Notes: generated by a model from the letters alone, not told the origin. A stretch of DNA of 56,744 nucleotides from a virus (IMGVR_UViG_3300020381_001070:1-56744), one strand, 5' to 3'; shown: positions 28,428 through 38,466, counted from the first letter of the stretch. Translations and numbers: made by a program.

Positions 28428-29246
28428 ATTAGGTAAAACTTTTTTAACACCAAAAAGTGTATTCCAATCCAAACTAAATGCCGCATGTATTATATTTGAA
28501 GGCCTAAGTTTTAAAGCACGACACATTTGAAAATATTCTTTCTTGTATAGTGATACGAGATGATCATATTTGTAATTTTTTAAATATTCACAAGCAATCT
28601 GATAGCTGGCTTTGGATATCATATTCCTATCGTTCATGTGTGTAATACTGTCACTAGTTTTATTTTTACGTAGTCGTAATCCTATTCTATTATCTCCCAG
28701 GTTGTATGCTTTGCTACAACTGAAGGCAACTTGCTGTATACACGGACTAGAAATGTTTAGAGTAATATCAAATGCAGATGGGAACCAAGCCGCATCAATG
28801 AACACGCTTATTTTTTCTTCTTCACACTTTGCTATAATGTCGTTAAACTGCCTATGCATGGCTAAATGTCCAGGAAAAGGTGCCGCTATAAGCAAAGGCT
28901 TTGTTTTTGTCAAGGTATCTAATGTGGTGTATTCAATAGTAGGCAATAGTTTTCCATAATAAGAATAATCATGTTCAAATATTTGAATATTTTTTAATCC
29001 GTATTCCATAATTAAATTATCAATAAAATGATTGCAACCAATAATCAAGTCCTTGTAGCTAAAAGTTTCTAGACCTATAAGGCTGTTTTGTTCAATATTT
29101 TTCAATCTATCTAAAAAAAGCGACACAAAGTCCTGTTTGGTGAACTTTCTGATTGTTTCAAACCTTAAATTGTGTTTTGAATCTTCAAAAGCTCTACAGG
29201 TTAAAGGTTGTAGATGCGTTATATCCAGTTTTTCTCTATCAAACAT
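28422..29246 (-). CDS. PLP-dependent transferase-like (fold type I) protein
   Basis: FIDAAW; FSCSKAY (Schiff-base Lys); RIG. Confidence 0.65.
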   Translation of the reverse strand: MFDREKLDITHLQPLTCRAFEDSKHNLRFETIRKFTKQDFVSLFLDRLKNIEQNSLIGLETFSYKDLIIGCNHFIDNLIMEYGLKNIQIFEHDYSYYGKLLPTIEYTTLDTLTKTKPLLIAAPFPGHLAMHRQFNDIIAKCEEEKISVFIDAAWFPSAFDITLNISSPCIQQVAFSCSKAYNLGDNRIGLRLRKNKTSDSITHMNDRNMISKASYQIACEYLKNYKYDHLVSLYKKEYFQMCRALKLRPSNIIHAAFSLDWNTLFGVKKVLPNL

Positions 29247-29832
29247 ATGTGTGAATTGACCAACATTCTTTTATTTTAATATCTTTAGTGAAATGACTAC
29301 CTGCATGATCCATATCACTACGCCACCAAATTAAATTACCACTCTGCCATTGATGGGCTTTCAAAATTTTGTATTTTTCAACACGAGAAATTGGATTATT
29401 ACTCAAATATTTTTCATGATCTTGCAGAGCGTTTGGATTAGGCTCCTTAGTGAATACTAATGTGTGCGATTTGTAACATTGTTCAATGTCTTTATTCACT
29501 GAGAACGGAATTAAAAAAACTAAATGACTTTTGTGTTTTTTATCAGCTAGGTACTTTCCGTTGTCGTTGTGAATTTTGAATGAGTCAGTGAATTGGCAAA
29601 ACATCGCCACTGCTAAATTTACTTTTGTGTCTAATATTTTGGCAAATTTTTGCCACATTGTTTTTTTAAACCACAAGTAATGGCTAATATTTTTACTGTC
29701 AATGCCATAGATGTTATCCATCAAATTACTTTTAGCAGGATTGGTTGAAAGAAAATGCTGTCTATACTCTATCATTTCATCGTGCGTTAAAAAGTTATCA
29801 ATACTTCCGGTTTTAGCATTTATATCTAACAT
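29239..29832 (-). CDS. Putative 2OG-Fe(II) oxygenase
   Basis: HND...H facial triad (IHNDN; DHAG); W..G.LI.W; start set at ATG 29832, 5 nt after TAAATA. Confidence 0.5.
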   Translation of the reverse strand: MLDINAKTGSIDNFLTHDEMIEYRQHFLSTNPAKSNLMDNIYGIDSKNISHYLWFKKTMWQKFAKILDTKVNLAVAMFCQFTDSFKIHNDNGKYLADKKHKSHLVFLIPFSVNKDIEQCYKSHTLVFTKEPNPNALQDHEKYLSNNPISRVEKYKILKAHQWQSGNLIWWRSDMDHAGSHFTKDIKIKECWSIHTYV

Positions 29833-29899
29833 GCAGATATTTACAGGAGATAAGATTGAGAATTTCAAGTATTGATTTTTGGTAAATACAACTATAGAT

Positions 29900-30187
29900 A
29901 TGAGCAGACCTAAACCTACAGTGTTATTACAACACAGTAACAAAACAACCTTCAAATTGGATGAAGTCCTTGCGGCTGAAGGCATATGGGCAGTATTTTA
30001 TGACGGTAAACCTATTAATCTAAAGTCATCAAGTCTGGTTGCTAACTATCCTGGTCCAAAATACAAAAAAGTTTCATTTTCAAATCCTGGCCATGCAGAA
30101 AATTTGGCCAAGAAATTGAACACCCAGCACAACACTGATAAATTTACGGTTTTTTTATTAAAGACAGGCGAAAAATTCAGTAGATAA
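29900..30187 (+). CDS. Hypothetical phage protein
   Basis: MSRPKP.VLL...WAVFY.GKPINL...GPKYKK.SFSNPGHA; TAAATA at 29883. Confidence 0.6.
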   Translation: MSRPKPTVLLQHSNKTTFKLDEVLAAEGIWAVFYDGKPINLKSSSLVANYPGPKYKKVSFSNPGHAENLAKKLNTQHNTDKFTVFLLKTGEKFSR

Positions 30188-30226
30188 TTTAGCTAGATAA
30201 TTAATTTTACTACCTTATTGGCTACT

Positions 30227-30910
30227 ATGAATAATTTTTGTGACGGACACTATTTTAAAAACTACCATAAATTTAAAGAAACACGAACAATACTTGACGC
30301 ACTAGTCTTGACAAATTATCTACAATGGAATCAAACATGTACTAAGTTTTTTGAGATTGGTGTATACAAAGGTGCTAATTTTGCTATTGCAGTTGAAGCA
30401 AAAGATAATATGGAATGTTTATTGGTTGACCCTGACTTTACTTTTTTTGATAGTTGTATCCCAGCTAAACTTAAAACGCAGGCCACCTGTCTTCAAATTT
30501 ATTCTAAAGACATTGATTATAGCAAACTTCCAGCAATGGATTTTATTTCATGGGATGGTGATCCAAATCATCCTACCCCTACTAGTGACTTACAAAATTT
30601 AATGCCTATTACTCATGAGGATACTGTGATACAACTAAGTTATGTAAATCATCCAGACACTGATTACAGTAGACAGTTTTTAAAAGACACAAAATGGATA
30701 AAATGGCTAGAACTTGATAATTCTGAATTGTATGCTAGATGCGATCTACAGGATTTTATTAACAATTTGCTTGAAAACAAAACAGGACTTCTTGATTTTA
30801 GTCGTATCACAAAAGGCAGTGACACAGATGATTACAAATGGAAACTTACCACCCCACGATTTGTATACGAACATGTTGAACTATTAAGTGATTATATAAA
30901 AACTAATTAA
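30227..30910 (+). CDS. Class I SAM methyltransferase (Methyltransf_24-like)
   Basis: FEIGVYKG; VDP; DFI..DGD.H. Confidence 0.65.
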   Translation: MNNFCDGHYFKNYHKFKETRTILDALVLTNYLQWNQTCTKFFEIGVYKGANFAIAVEAKDNMECLLVDPDFTFFDSCIPAKLKTQATCLQIYSKDIDYSKLPAMDFISWDGDPNHPTPTSDLQNLMPITHEDTVIQLSYVNHPDTDYSRQFLKDTKWIKWLELDNSELYARCDLQDFINNLLENKTGLLDFSRITKGSDTDDYKWKLTTPRFVYEHVELLSDYIKTN

Positions 30911-30914
30911 TAAT

Positions 30915-31310
30915 ATGGACGTCAAAACAGCATACACCAAAACCTTCCTTATGTTGAAGGAACAACCTACTCATGACGAAAGCATTAAGGCTTCGTATTT
31001 TGCATGGTGGCAAAATGTTCGAGAAAGTTACCAAGCAAGATCACTAAGACTTACCAAACTCGGCTTAGAATGGGTACACTCATGTGATATCAAATGCTAT
31101 AATATTAAATTTCCTGCTAAAATCATATTCACACCACAAACTTACCTTTGGTTAGACGAGTTTGTAGACTGCCCATATTACGTAGATAAGAAAAAAATTA
31201 TAGTAACTATGGAAAAAATGGCCCTACAATTAATGTTATTTGCGGGAGACATAACAAAATATGGATTATCACGTGCTATGAGCAAAGCCGACGAACAAAA
31301 AAGCCAGTAA
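30915..31310 (+). CDS. Hypothetical phage protein
   Basis: WW.N.R...LRLT..G; LD....CPYY. Confidence 0.6.
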   Translation: MDVKTAYTKTFLMLKEQPTHDESIKASYFAWWQNVRESYQARSLRLTKLGLEWVHSCDIKCYNIKFPAKIIFTPQTYLWLDEFVDCPYYVDKKKIIVTMEKMALQLMLFAGDITKYGLSRAMSKADEQKSQ

Positions 31311-31329
31311 ATTAGCGACTTTTAGCAGG

Positions 31330-31357
31330 TTGACGGAATGCACAATTCTGCTATAAT
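31330..31357 (+). promoter_or_regulatory. Sigma70-type promoter TTGACG-N16-(TG.)TATAAT
   Basis: Extended -10 in intergenic gap; AGGAG SD before 31392. Confidence 0.65.
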
Positions 31358-31391
31358 GGTATTATAAACATTTTACAAAGGAGCGTACAAA

Positions 31392-32492
31392 ATGGCTAGA
31401 AAAACTAAAGAAACAACAGTAGGTTCGCAGAATAGAACAGTTACACCGAACGAGGCAAAATCAGCAATAGAACATTGCATAAAATTACAAAGACCTTTAA
31501 TGATGTGGGGTGCACCTGGTATAGGTAAATCAGACATTGTTAAACAAGTTGCAGATGCACAAGAAAGACAGGTCATAGATATTAGACTGCCTTTATGGGA
31601 ACCAACAGATATCAAAGGTATTCCATACTACAATTCCAAAGAAAACAACATGGTATGGGCAAGTCCGGCAGAACTGCCAACTGATCCTAAGTCAAACGCC
31701 ATAGTATTCCTAGATGAATTGAACTCAGCGGCTCCGGCTGTGCAAGCGGCGGCTTATCAGTTGATACTAAACAGAAGAGTTGGTCAGTATCATCTTCCAG
31801 AAGGCGTTTCAATTGTAGCGGCTGGTAACAGAGATTCTGACAAAGGTGTGACTTATAGAATGCCTGCTCCTTTAGCAAATAGATTTGTACACATTGAACT
31901 TAGAGTAGATTATGATGACTGGTTACAATGGGCTACAGACAGAAAAGTTCATGCAGATGTTGTAGGTTATTGCACTTTTGCAAAACAAGATTTATATGAT
32001 TTTGATCCTCGAGGATCAAGTAGATCATTTGCAACTCCAAGATCATGGAGTTTTGTATCTCAACTTCTATCAGATGACCTGCCAGAAAGTACGCTCACTG
32101 ACCTCGTTGCAGGTTGCGTAGGAGAAGGGTTGGCCGTTAAGTTTATGAATCACCGTAAGGTGAGCGGCCAACTGCCTAATCCATCTGATATACTAAACGG
32201 TAAAGTTAAAGATCTTAAAACTAAAGAAATATCAGCAATGTATTCTTTAACAGTATCTTTGTGTTATGAACTACAACAGGCACACGAGAAGAAAGAAAAA
32301 AATTGGAACGAACAAGCAGATAGATTTTTCCATTACATGATGGATAATTTTGAAACTGAATTAGTTGTAATGGGTGCGAAGATTGCACTGACAAATTACA
32401 AACTTCCGTTTGATCCTAGCAAGTTAAAATCATTTGATAGGTTCCATAAAAAGTTTGGCAAATATGTCATCACTGCTATGGAGTCTAAATAA
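31392..32492 (+). CDS. MoxR-type AAA+ ATPase
   Basis: Walker A GAPGIGKS; Walker B VFLDE; AAGN; LANRF; TPRSW. Confidence 0.9.
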   Translation: MARKTKETTVGSQNRTVTPNEAKSAIEHCIKLQRPLMMWGAPGIGKSDIVKQVADAQERQVIDIRLPLWEPTDIKGIPYYNSKENNMVWASPAELPTDPKSNAIVFLDELNSAAPAVQAAAYQLILNRRVGQYHLPEGVSIVAAGNRDSDKGVTYRMPAPLANRFVHIELRVDYDDWLQWATDRKVHADVVGYCTFAKQDLYDFDPRGSSRSFATPRSWSFVSQLLSDDLPESTLTDLVAGCVGEGLAVKFMNHRKVSGQLPNPSDILNGKVKDLKTKEISAMYSLTVSLCYELQQAHEKKEKNWNEQADRFFHYMMDNFETELVVMGAKIALTNYKLPFDPSKLKSFDRFHKKFGKYVITAMESK

Positions 32493-33730
32493 TGGATTAT
32501 AGAGATCAAAAGATCATAGACAAACTAGTTACAGCAAGAATTGCCTTACTATTGAAACATCCTTTCTTTGGCAATCTTGCTACTAGATTGAAACTTGTTA
32601 ATGCCGATGATTGGTGTCCTACTGCTGGTACAGATGGCAGACATTTTTATTATAACACAAAATTTATAGATTCGCTATCCCCAAGAGAAGCAGAATTTTT
32701 ATTTGGTCATGAAGTATTACACAATGTTTTTGAACACATGATGGTAAGGATAGGCGATAGAGATCCACAACTTTGGAACATAGCGGCCGATTATGCTGTG
32801 AATCAAATACTTAAAGATTCAGGCATTGGAGAAATGCCCACAGGCAAAAAAGGTGAGAACAAAGGATTCCAAGATGAAAAATACAAAGATTGGCCAGCAG
32901 AACGAATATACGATGACCTTTACAAACAGGCCAAAAAGAATGGAAAAAAATCATTAGAAAAATCCGGCGAACTTATGGACGAACATGTTGATTGGGGTAA
33001 AGGTGACGGTGCAGGAGAAGGTAAAGGTAAGGATAAAAAAGGTGGCAAGAGTAGTAGGCCTGTTTACACAAAAGAAGAATTAAAAAAGATTAGAGATGAA
33101 ATCAAAGAAGCAATGGTAAGTGCGGCACAATCTACAGGGGCAGGTAGTTTACCTGGTGCATTACAAAGGCTAGTATCTGATTTGACAGAACCAAAAATGG
33201 ATTGGAGAGAAATATTACAGCAACAAATAATGAGTACAATGAAGTCTGATTATACATGGATGAGACCTAGTAGGAAGTCTTGGCATACTAGTGCTATTTT
33301 ACCAGGCCAAAACAACGATGAAATGATTGATATATGTTTGGCCCTAGATGCATCTGGTAGTATAAGCAACGAACAGTGTACAGAATTTTTGACAGAAGTA
33401 AAAAACATAATGGATCAATATAAAGACTTTAGAATACATTTATGGACTTTTGACACTGAAGTTTTTAATCCAAAAGTGTTTACACCAGATAATGCAGAAG
33501 AACTTTTAGAATACAAACTAGGATCTGGTGGTGGAACAGAGTTTGAATGTAACTGGGAATATATGAAAAATGAAGGTATAGAGCCTAAAAAATTTGTTAT
33601 GTTCACAGATGGTTGGCCATTTAACAGTTGGGGTGACGAACACTACTGTGACACAATATTTCTTATCAACAATCCATATGAAAGAAACATAGAAGCACCG
33701 TTTGGAATGACCGTTCAATATGAGGATTAA
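32492..33730 (+). CDS. Metallopeptidase-like (HExxH) plus VWA domain protein (DUF2201-like)
   Basis: TAGTDG, HEVLH, WNIAADY; MIDAS DASGS, GGGT, FTDG. Confidence 0.85.
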   Translation: MDYRDQKIIDKLVTARIALLLKHPFFGNLATRLKLVNADDWCPTAGTDGRHFYYNTKFIDSLSPREAEFLFGHEVLHNVFEHMMVRIGDRDPQLWNIAADYAVNQILKDSGIGEMPTGKKGENKGFQDEKYKDWPAERIYDDLYKQAKKNGKKSLEKSGELMDEHVDWGKGDGAGEGKGKDKKGGKSSRPVYTKEELKKIRDEIKEAMVSAAQSTGAGSLPGALQRLVSDLTEPKMDWREILQQQIMSTMKSDYTWMRPSRKSWHTSAILPGQNNDEMIDICLALDASGSISNEQCTEFLTEVKNIMDQYKDFRIHLWTFDTEVFNPKVFTPDNAEELLEYKLGSGGGTEFECNWEYMKNEGIEPKKFVMFTDGWPFNSWGDEHYCDTIFLINNPYERNIEAPFGMTVQYED

Positions 33731-33986
33731 TCCATTAAATTTTTTCAACCGAGAACTAAATTTTTTACCAGATCATTTTGTTAATACTTTGGTAAGAGTT
33801 CACGATTATGATGTTGAAAGAATGCGTAAATGGATATATCAAAATTGCCGTGGTAGATATAGTATTACCAAAGATGTACAGATGACTGGTAATCAAACTA
33901 GAAATGTCACTGTGATTGGCTTTGAAGAACCTGGTGATCTTACATTGTTCGCTTTGTCAGGAATAGCCCAAAACAATCAAAATTAG
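33720..33986 (+). CDS. Hypothetical phage protein
   Basis: WI..N..GRY...IGFE.P...T.F.L. Confidence 0.55.
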   Translation: MRINPLNFFNRELNFLPDHFVNTLVRVHDYDVERMRKWIYQNCRGRYSITKDVQMTGNQTRNVTVIGFEEPGDLTLFALSGIAQNNQN

Positions 33987-33989
33987 TCG

Positions 33990-34018
33990 TTGCAGTAGAT
34001 AATTAATTTTAGTATAAT
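33990..34018 (+). promoter_or_regulatory. Sigma70-type promoter TTGCAG-N17-TATAAT
   Basis: Intergenic; AGGAG SD before ATG 34058. Confidence 0.55.
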
Positions 34019-34057
34019 ATGCGTATATTATATTAATTGCAATTAATAGGAGAAAAA

Positions 34058-34354
34058 ATGGCAAGCGAAGAAACTAAAAAAGCAGAACCAGTGGAAAAGG
34101 CGACGGCCCAACCCGAGGCACCTGCTCAAGATCCAAATGCTTTATCACTTGGAGACTTGAAAAACTTATCAACTATTTTAGATGTTGCTTCACAAAGAGG
34201 TGCGTTTAAGGCCGCGGAGATGGCTAATGTTGGTTTTCTATATAACAAATTGACTTCATTTTTAACAAAAATTGAAAGTCAACCACAAGCGGCTCCAGCT
34301 AGTGATCAAACAATCACACCAGCACCAGCAAGCATGGAAAGTAAACAAGGATAA
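34058..34354 (+). CDS. Hypothetical phage protein
   Basis: DL......DVA..RGAF.A.EM..VG..YNKL..FL; flexible A/P/E termini. Confidence 0.6.
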   Translation: MASEETKKAEPVEKATAQPEAPAQDPNALSLGDLKNLSTILDVASQRGAFKAAEMANVGFLYNKLTSFLTKIESQPQAAPASDQTITPAPASMESKQG

Positions 34355-34358
34355 CACT

Positions 34359-34895
34359 ATGGCAAATCTAATGAATCTAAACCAAAGCATGGCAATGGGT
34401 CCAGATGCAGGAAACCAAGAAGGAGCAGTACAAAGAAATTTTTACAAACACGTTGGTGAACTTGCAGATGCATCAAAAGCAAAAGTGGTTGTGGTATTCA
34501 GAGTGGTACCAGGCGAACCAAATAATTGCTTGGTTGTAGGGACAAAGTTTTTATCAGATGTATATCATAACGGACTGATGAAGGCTGTTGAATCCGAAGG
34601 CGGACAAGCGGCAGAGGAACTTGGTTCATATCTAGCCAGACAAACATTCGCGGACGGAACTAACATGTTAGCTGTGTTGAACAACGACAATTATATTAAA
34701 AAGTTCAAGACCAAAGACATTGTTATGACTTATGGACCTACTGCTGAAGGTAGGATTACTCTTAATAAGTTGAACGAAATGATAGCAAAAGAAAAAGGTG
34801 TCAAAGTAAGTGACTTGGCAGTTGTAGATGATGCACCAAAAACACCAGCAACTGAAAATAAAACAGATGCCAAAAAAACTGCCACCAAAAAATAG
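34359..34895 (+). CDS. Hypothetical phage protein
   Basis: KHVG, VVFR.VP, L..LN..IA..KGV.V.DLA. Confidence 0.6.
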   Translation: MANLMNLNQSMAMGPDAGNQEGAVQRNFYKHVGELADASKAKVVVVFRVVPGEPNNCLVVGTKFLSDVYHNGLMKAVESEGGQAAEELGSYLARQTFADGTNMLAVLNNDNYIKKFKTKDIVMTYGPTAEGRITLNKLNEMIAKEKGVKVSDLAVVDDAPKTPATENKTDAKKTATKK

Positions 34896-35214
34896 TAATT
34901 GGTTGCAACTTACAAAAGATTTTGTAAAAGAATGGCCGGAAGTTTTGGAGGGACTACACTTCCAAAATCTCCCGGTCAAGTATCTTGAATATGTCAATAT
35001 AAGTCTTAAAAATAATATTACTATACATTATAATATCAAAAAAGAGCTAAGAATAAAAAAGCAAGATACAGTTGCTAAATTTCTTAAAAAAACTATCCAA
35101 ATAAATTATCAAAAAATAAAAAGCATAGACCTTAAATTTGATATTCCAACTTTGAAAAAAGATATGGAATCAAAAACAACTGCAATATTACAAAAAACTT
35201 TTAATAGTAATTAA
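34867..35214 (+). CDS. Hypothetical phage protein
   Basis: WPEV...LP..YL; last gene of the + arm. Confidence 0.55.
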   Translation: MPKKLPPKNSNWLQLTKDFVKEWPEVLEGLHFQNLPVKYLEYVNISLKNNITIHYNIKKELRIKKQDTVAKFLKKTIQINYQKIKSIDLKFDIPTLKKDMESKTTAILQKTFNSN

Positions 35215-36518
35215 GAGTATTTTTTATGATAGTACTGGTTTAACCAATCTAGCTCAAAACTTAATTTTAAAGCAGTAATGTTATCTTTGTTTTGATTAAA
35301 ATACTGCATTGCATCAGTGGCACCGTTCAATACAGATTCTGCATGATCTCCTACTCCAATAGTACACCATTTCTTAAGCCTGTATTTTGATTCTACAGTA
35401 GGTGACATTTGTAATAATTTTAGCACTTCTCTAAAAGTTGTACGCCATGCCATTTTAGCTGTCTGGTTAAAATGATTAATTGAACTTAAAATTGGAACAT
35501 GATCGTGTGGTGCTGAAAGTGTGAAGTCTAATCCAGGTTTAACAGTTTTAATTACTAACTCTTTATTGTACAACAGCACTGCACCATGTCCGTACTCAAG
35601 GCCGTTTACAGGATTACGAGCGTTAAAAATATAGTGACATGGATTTTTTAATCTGTCCGGTTGATATGTGAAATTAAATGTATCAACTATTTCATGCTTT
35701 GGAGTTACAAAAAAGAAATAGTCTGTATTACTCATCTGTGCGGCTGTAATATAAGCTAATGCTCTTGACCCAATACCTTTACACCATTTTGCTCGAGGAA
35801 ACTTACTATGTAAATTTTTAAACTGTACTTCAGCATTTGGTTCATCATAGGATAAAAATATAATGTCCATGTCTTTAACTTTATAGTCCAATGGATAATT
35901 TACATGGCGTTCAATATCATAAAACTGTTTAATGTTGTCTACATGCGGTACCAGCATAATATCTTTTGTTTTACCCCATGAATATAGTTTTACGTCTTCC
36001 CAAAAACTTGGAAAAAAATTAGGAATTAATTTTTCATCCAGTGTACTGTTAACAAGCCACTTATAATAATTTGGCTTATCTGAATTATATGCGGTGTATG
36101 GATTACCTAGTTTAAATGATGTCTTTGGTATCCAGTTTTGAAACAGATTATTGTGTGGATGATAATTTATATCTTTGTAATCTCTTAGGTAGTCAAGGTT
36201 GTCTAATTGTTTTTTAAAAGCTTGTGTAGGTATTAAAAAAACATTGCCTTCTGTGTTTGTACCGCCTAAAGGATGTGTATTGTACCATACGTGAATTTGA
36301 TGCTTTTCATGTTGTTCTGGAATATAATCGAGATCCATAGTATTGATATTCATAAAGTTTGCAAAAAACCAAAAGTATTCGGTCTTTACATCATCGATTA
36401 TAGACTTCAATATTTTTAGATAACTTCCTGTAAAAGGCACTATTCTAGTGTTAGCAAATGGTGACGGGTTGTTTTTTGTATTTTTAAATCTTACTTGAAT
36501 ACTGTCGAAGCCATTCAT
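35211..36518 (-). CDS. Glycosyltransferase-like (GT-A) protein with degenerate tandem domains
   Basis: C-terminal half paralogous to 48475..49368 (I.FLSYDEP, ARNP.NGL.YG.G, AWR..FRE..KL), but DxD replaced by TPK. Confidence 0.55.
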   Translation of the reverse strand: MNGFDSIQVRFKNTKNNPSPFANTRIVPFTGSYLKILKSIIDDVKTEYFWFFANFMNINTMDLDYIPEQHEKHQIHVWYNTHPLGGTNTEGNVFLIPTQAFKKQLDNLDYLRDYKDINYHPHNNLFQNWIPKTSFKLGNPYTAYNSDKPNYYKWLVNSTLDEKLIPNFFPSFWEDVKLYSWGKTKDIMLVPHVDNIKQFYDIERHVNYPLDYKVKDMDIIFLSYDEPNAEVQFKNLHSKFPRAKWCKGIGSRALAYITAAQMSNTDYFFFVTPKHEIVDTFNFTYQPDRLKNPCHYIFNARNPVNGLEYGHGAVLLYNKELVIKTVKPGLDFTLSAPHDHVPILSSINHFNQTAKMAWRTTFREVLKLLQMSPTVESKYRLKKWCTIGVGDHAESVLNGATDAMQYFNQNKDNITALKLSFELDWLNQYYHKKYS

Positions 36519-37440
36519 AATAGTTTTTTAGTCCTTTGTCTAAGGTTGTCTTAGGCTGATAGCCCAGTAGATCTTTAGCCCTAGCAATATCTAGTGTTCC
36601 ACGAAGAGGATAAAGATCATGTGTGCCTGTATCCTCAATATCAGATTCACTTGTTGTAATGCCAATAATTTTTTCTGCCAAAGATGCTAAACTAGTTGCA
36701 TTACCATTTGTAATATTGAAACTTACATTTGATACTTGCGATAATGCCGCTTTAATAATTCCATCTGCCGCGTCTTCTATGTATGTAAAGTCAACTTTAT
36801 TTTTACCGTTATGTAAAGTGATTGTTTCATTTTTCATTGCCTTTTCAAAAAATTTACTGACCACCCTATCAGGAAGATCGCCAGGCCCGTACACTCCAGA
36901 TGGGCGAACTACAGCATAATTGAGACCTTCACGTTTAGCAAACAATTTTGTTAATCTTTCTCCAGTCAGTTTAGCTTCCCCGTAAATATTAATTGGTTTT
37001 GTTTTTGAATCTTCTTTTGCGCCGTCTTTGAAATCTCCATAAACCATACTGCTACTAACATAGACTATTTTTTGTACTCCAAATTTTGCACAATGCCATA
37101 ATACATTTGTTGTAGTATCTACAACTTTAGGCACTCCATTAATTGGATCATTTTCAACAATTTTAGCACGAGGATATGTTGCAAGATGAATCACAATGTC
37201 AGGATGATATGAAAATGCTTTAAGACATGTACCTCTATCTAGTATATCGCCGTATACAAAGCTAACATTCTCTCGGTTCCAATTCATTTGTCGCCATTCA
37301 AAGAGCTTTTGTAATTCTTGTTTATCCAGTAAACCATATGTGTCGTGATTATCGACTATAGTAATTGAATGATCCTGTGACAGTATTTCTACAATCTTTG
37401 AACCAATAAATCCTTTGCCGCCTGTAATTAATATTTTCAT
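36484..37440 (-). CDS. NAD-dependent NDP-sugar epimerase/dehydratase
   Basis: TGGKGFIGS; SSSMVYG; YGEAK; R...VYGP; DFTYIED. Confidence 0.9.
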   Translation of the reverse strand: MKILITGGKGFIGSKIVEILSQDHSITIVDNHDTYGLLDKQELQKLFEWRQMNWNRENVSFVYGDILDRGTCLKAFSYHPDIVIHLATYPRAKIVENDPINGVPKVVDTTTNVLWHCAKFGVQKIVYVSSSMVYGDFKDGAKEDSKTKPINIYGEAKLTGERLTKLFAKREGLNYAVVRPSGVYGPGDLPDRVVSKFFEKAMKNETITLHNGKNKVDFTYIEDAADGIIKAALSQVSNVSFNITNGNATSLASLAEKIIGITTSESDIEDTGTHDLYPLRGTLDIARAKDLLGYQPKTTLDKGLKNYYEWLRQYSSKI

Positions 37441-37443
37441 CTT

Positions 37444-38466
37444 CTACCAACTCGTTGCATGTTCAATACTCCATTTATTAGAATTACATTTTTCACCACA
37501 CTCTTGTGGCGCATCTCCAAACGGCATGTCTAAAAATAATTTTTTCCACATTGCATCGTCCATTACTTCACCTAGTGTTCTAGATGTATCAATATAATTG
37601 AAGATATTTTTATTATGATCATAACGTAAGCCTGTCCAACAACACGGGTAAAACTTGCCTTCGGCATTTAAGTAAAGGCCTTTGTTACCAATCATACATA
37701 AAGGAACTATAGATTTATTCTCAATATCTTCGTTGTTATATCGGTCCAAAAATATTGGATGTGTTTTATCTATCCAAATTTTATTTGTAAATTTTTTAAT
37801 CGTTCTAGTAAATCTACCTGTTGCAATATATTTGTCACTTGGTTGCAAAGGATCTTCAGCAGGATATGATTTGTAATTTTTCCCAAACTTTGTACTCAAA
37901 GTAAGTTGGAATTGATCAAATCCTAAACTTTTTGCCATTTCCTGCATGTGTTCCAGTTTGTCTTCATTAAATTTAAAAGCTATCGCCGCCCATGTTTTGT
38001 ATACACTACTACTTTCCATTTCTTCAATGCCTTGCATGATACTATTCCAATTACAATTGACTCTATATAGATTATTCGACTCTTGATCCCATCCATCTAA
38101 ACTAAAATGAATATGATCTTTTTCATCTAATATATCAGCTAGTTGTTTCCACCAAGTTCTTGTTTTATAAGAACCATTTGTTATTATCAAAAATTGCACT
38201 TTGTTGTTTTCACTTCTTAACCAACTTAGAATAGATAAAAAATCCTTTGCATAAATTGGATCTCCATCGTCTCCACAAAATGTAATTTTTCTAACATCCG
38301 ACAAAAGTTTACTTTTAAAATTTTCTTTAAACCAATTTAAACTTAAATCCTTATTTGTTAATCCTTCTGGTACTTCCTGACGAGAACACCTTGGACACTT
38401 TAAACTACATTTTGAACATAATTCTATGTGCCAGTGTTCTAATGGCCATTTGTTTATATTTTTCAT
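37444..38466 (-). CDS. Radical SAM enzyme with C-terminal SPASM/Twitch
   Basis: CSLKCPRC; GDP; TNG; C-terminal C...PCC...C..KC. Confidence 0.88.
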   Translation of the reverse strand: MKNINKWPLEHWHIELCSKCSLKCPRCSRQEVPEGLTNKDLSLNWFKENFKSKLLSDVRKITFCGDDGDPIYAKDFLSILSWLRSENNKVQFLIITNGSYKTRTWWKQLADILDEKDHIHFSLDGWDQESNNLYRVNCNWNSIMQGIEEMESSSVYKTWAAIAFKFNEDKLEHMQEMAKSLGFDQFQLTLSTKFGKNYKSYPAEDPLQPSDKYIATGRFTRTIKKFTNKIWIDKTHPIFLDRYNNEDIENKSIVPLCMIGNKGLYLNAEGKFYPCCWTGLRYDHNKNIFNYIDTSRTLGEVMDDAMWKKLFLDMPFGDAPQECGEKCNSNKWSIEHATSW

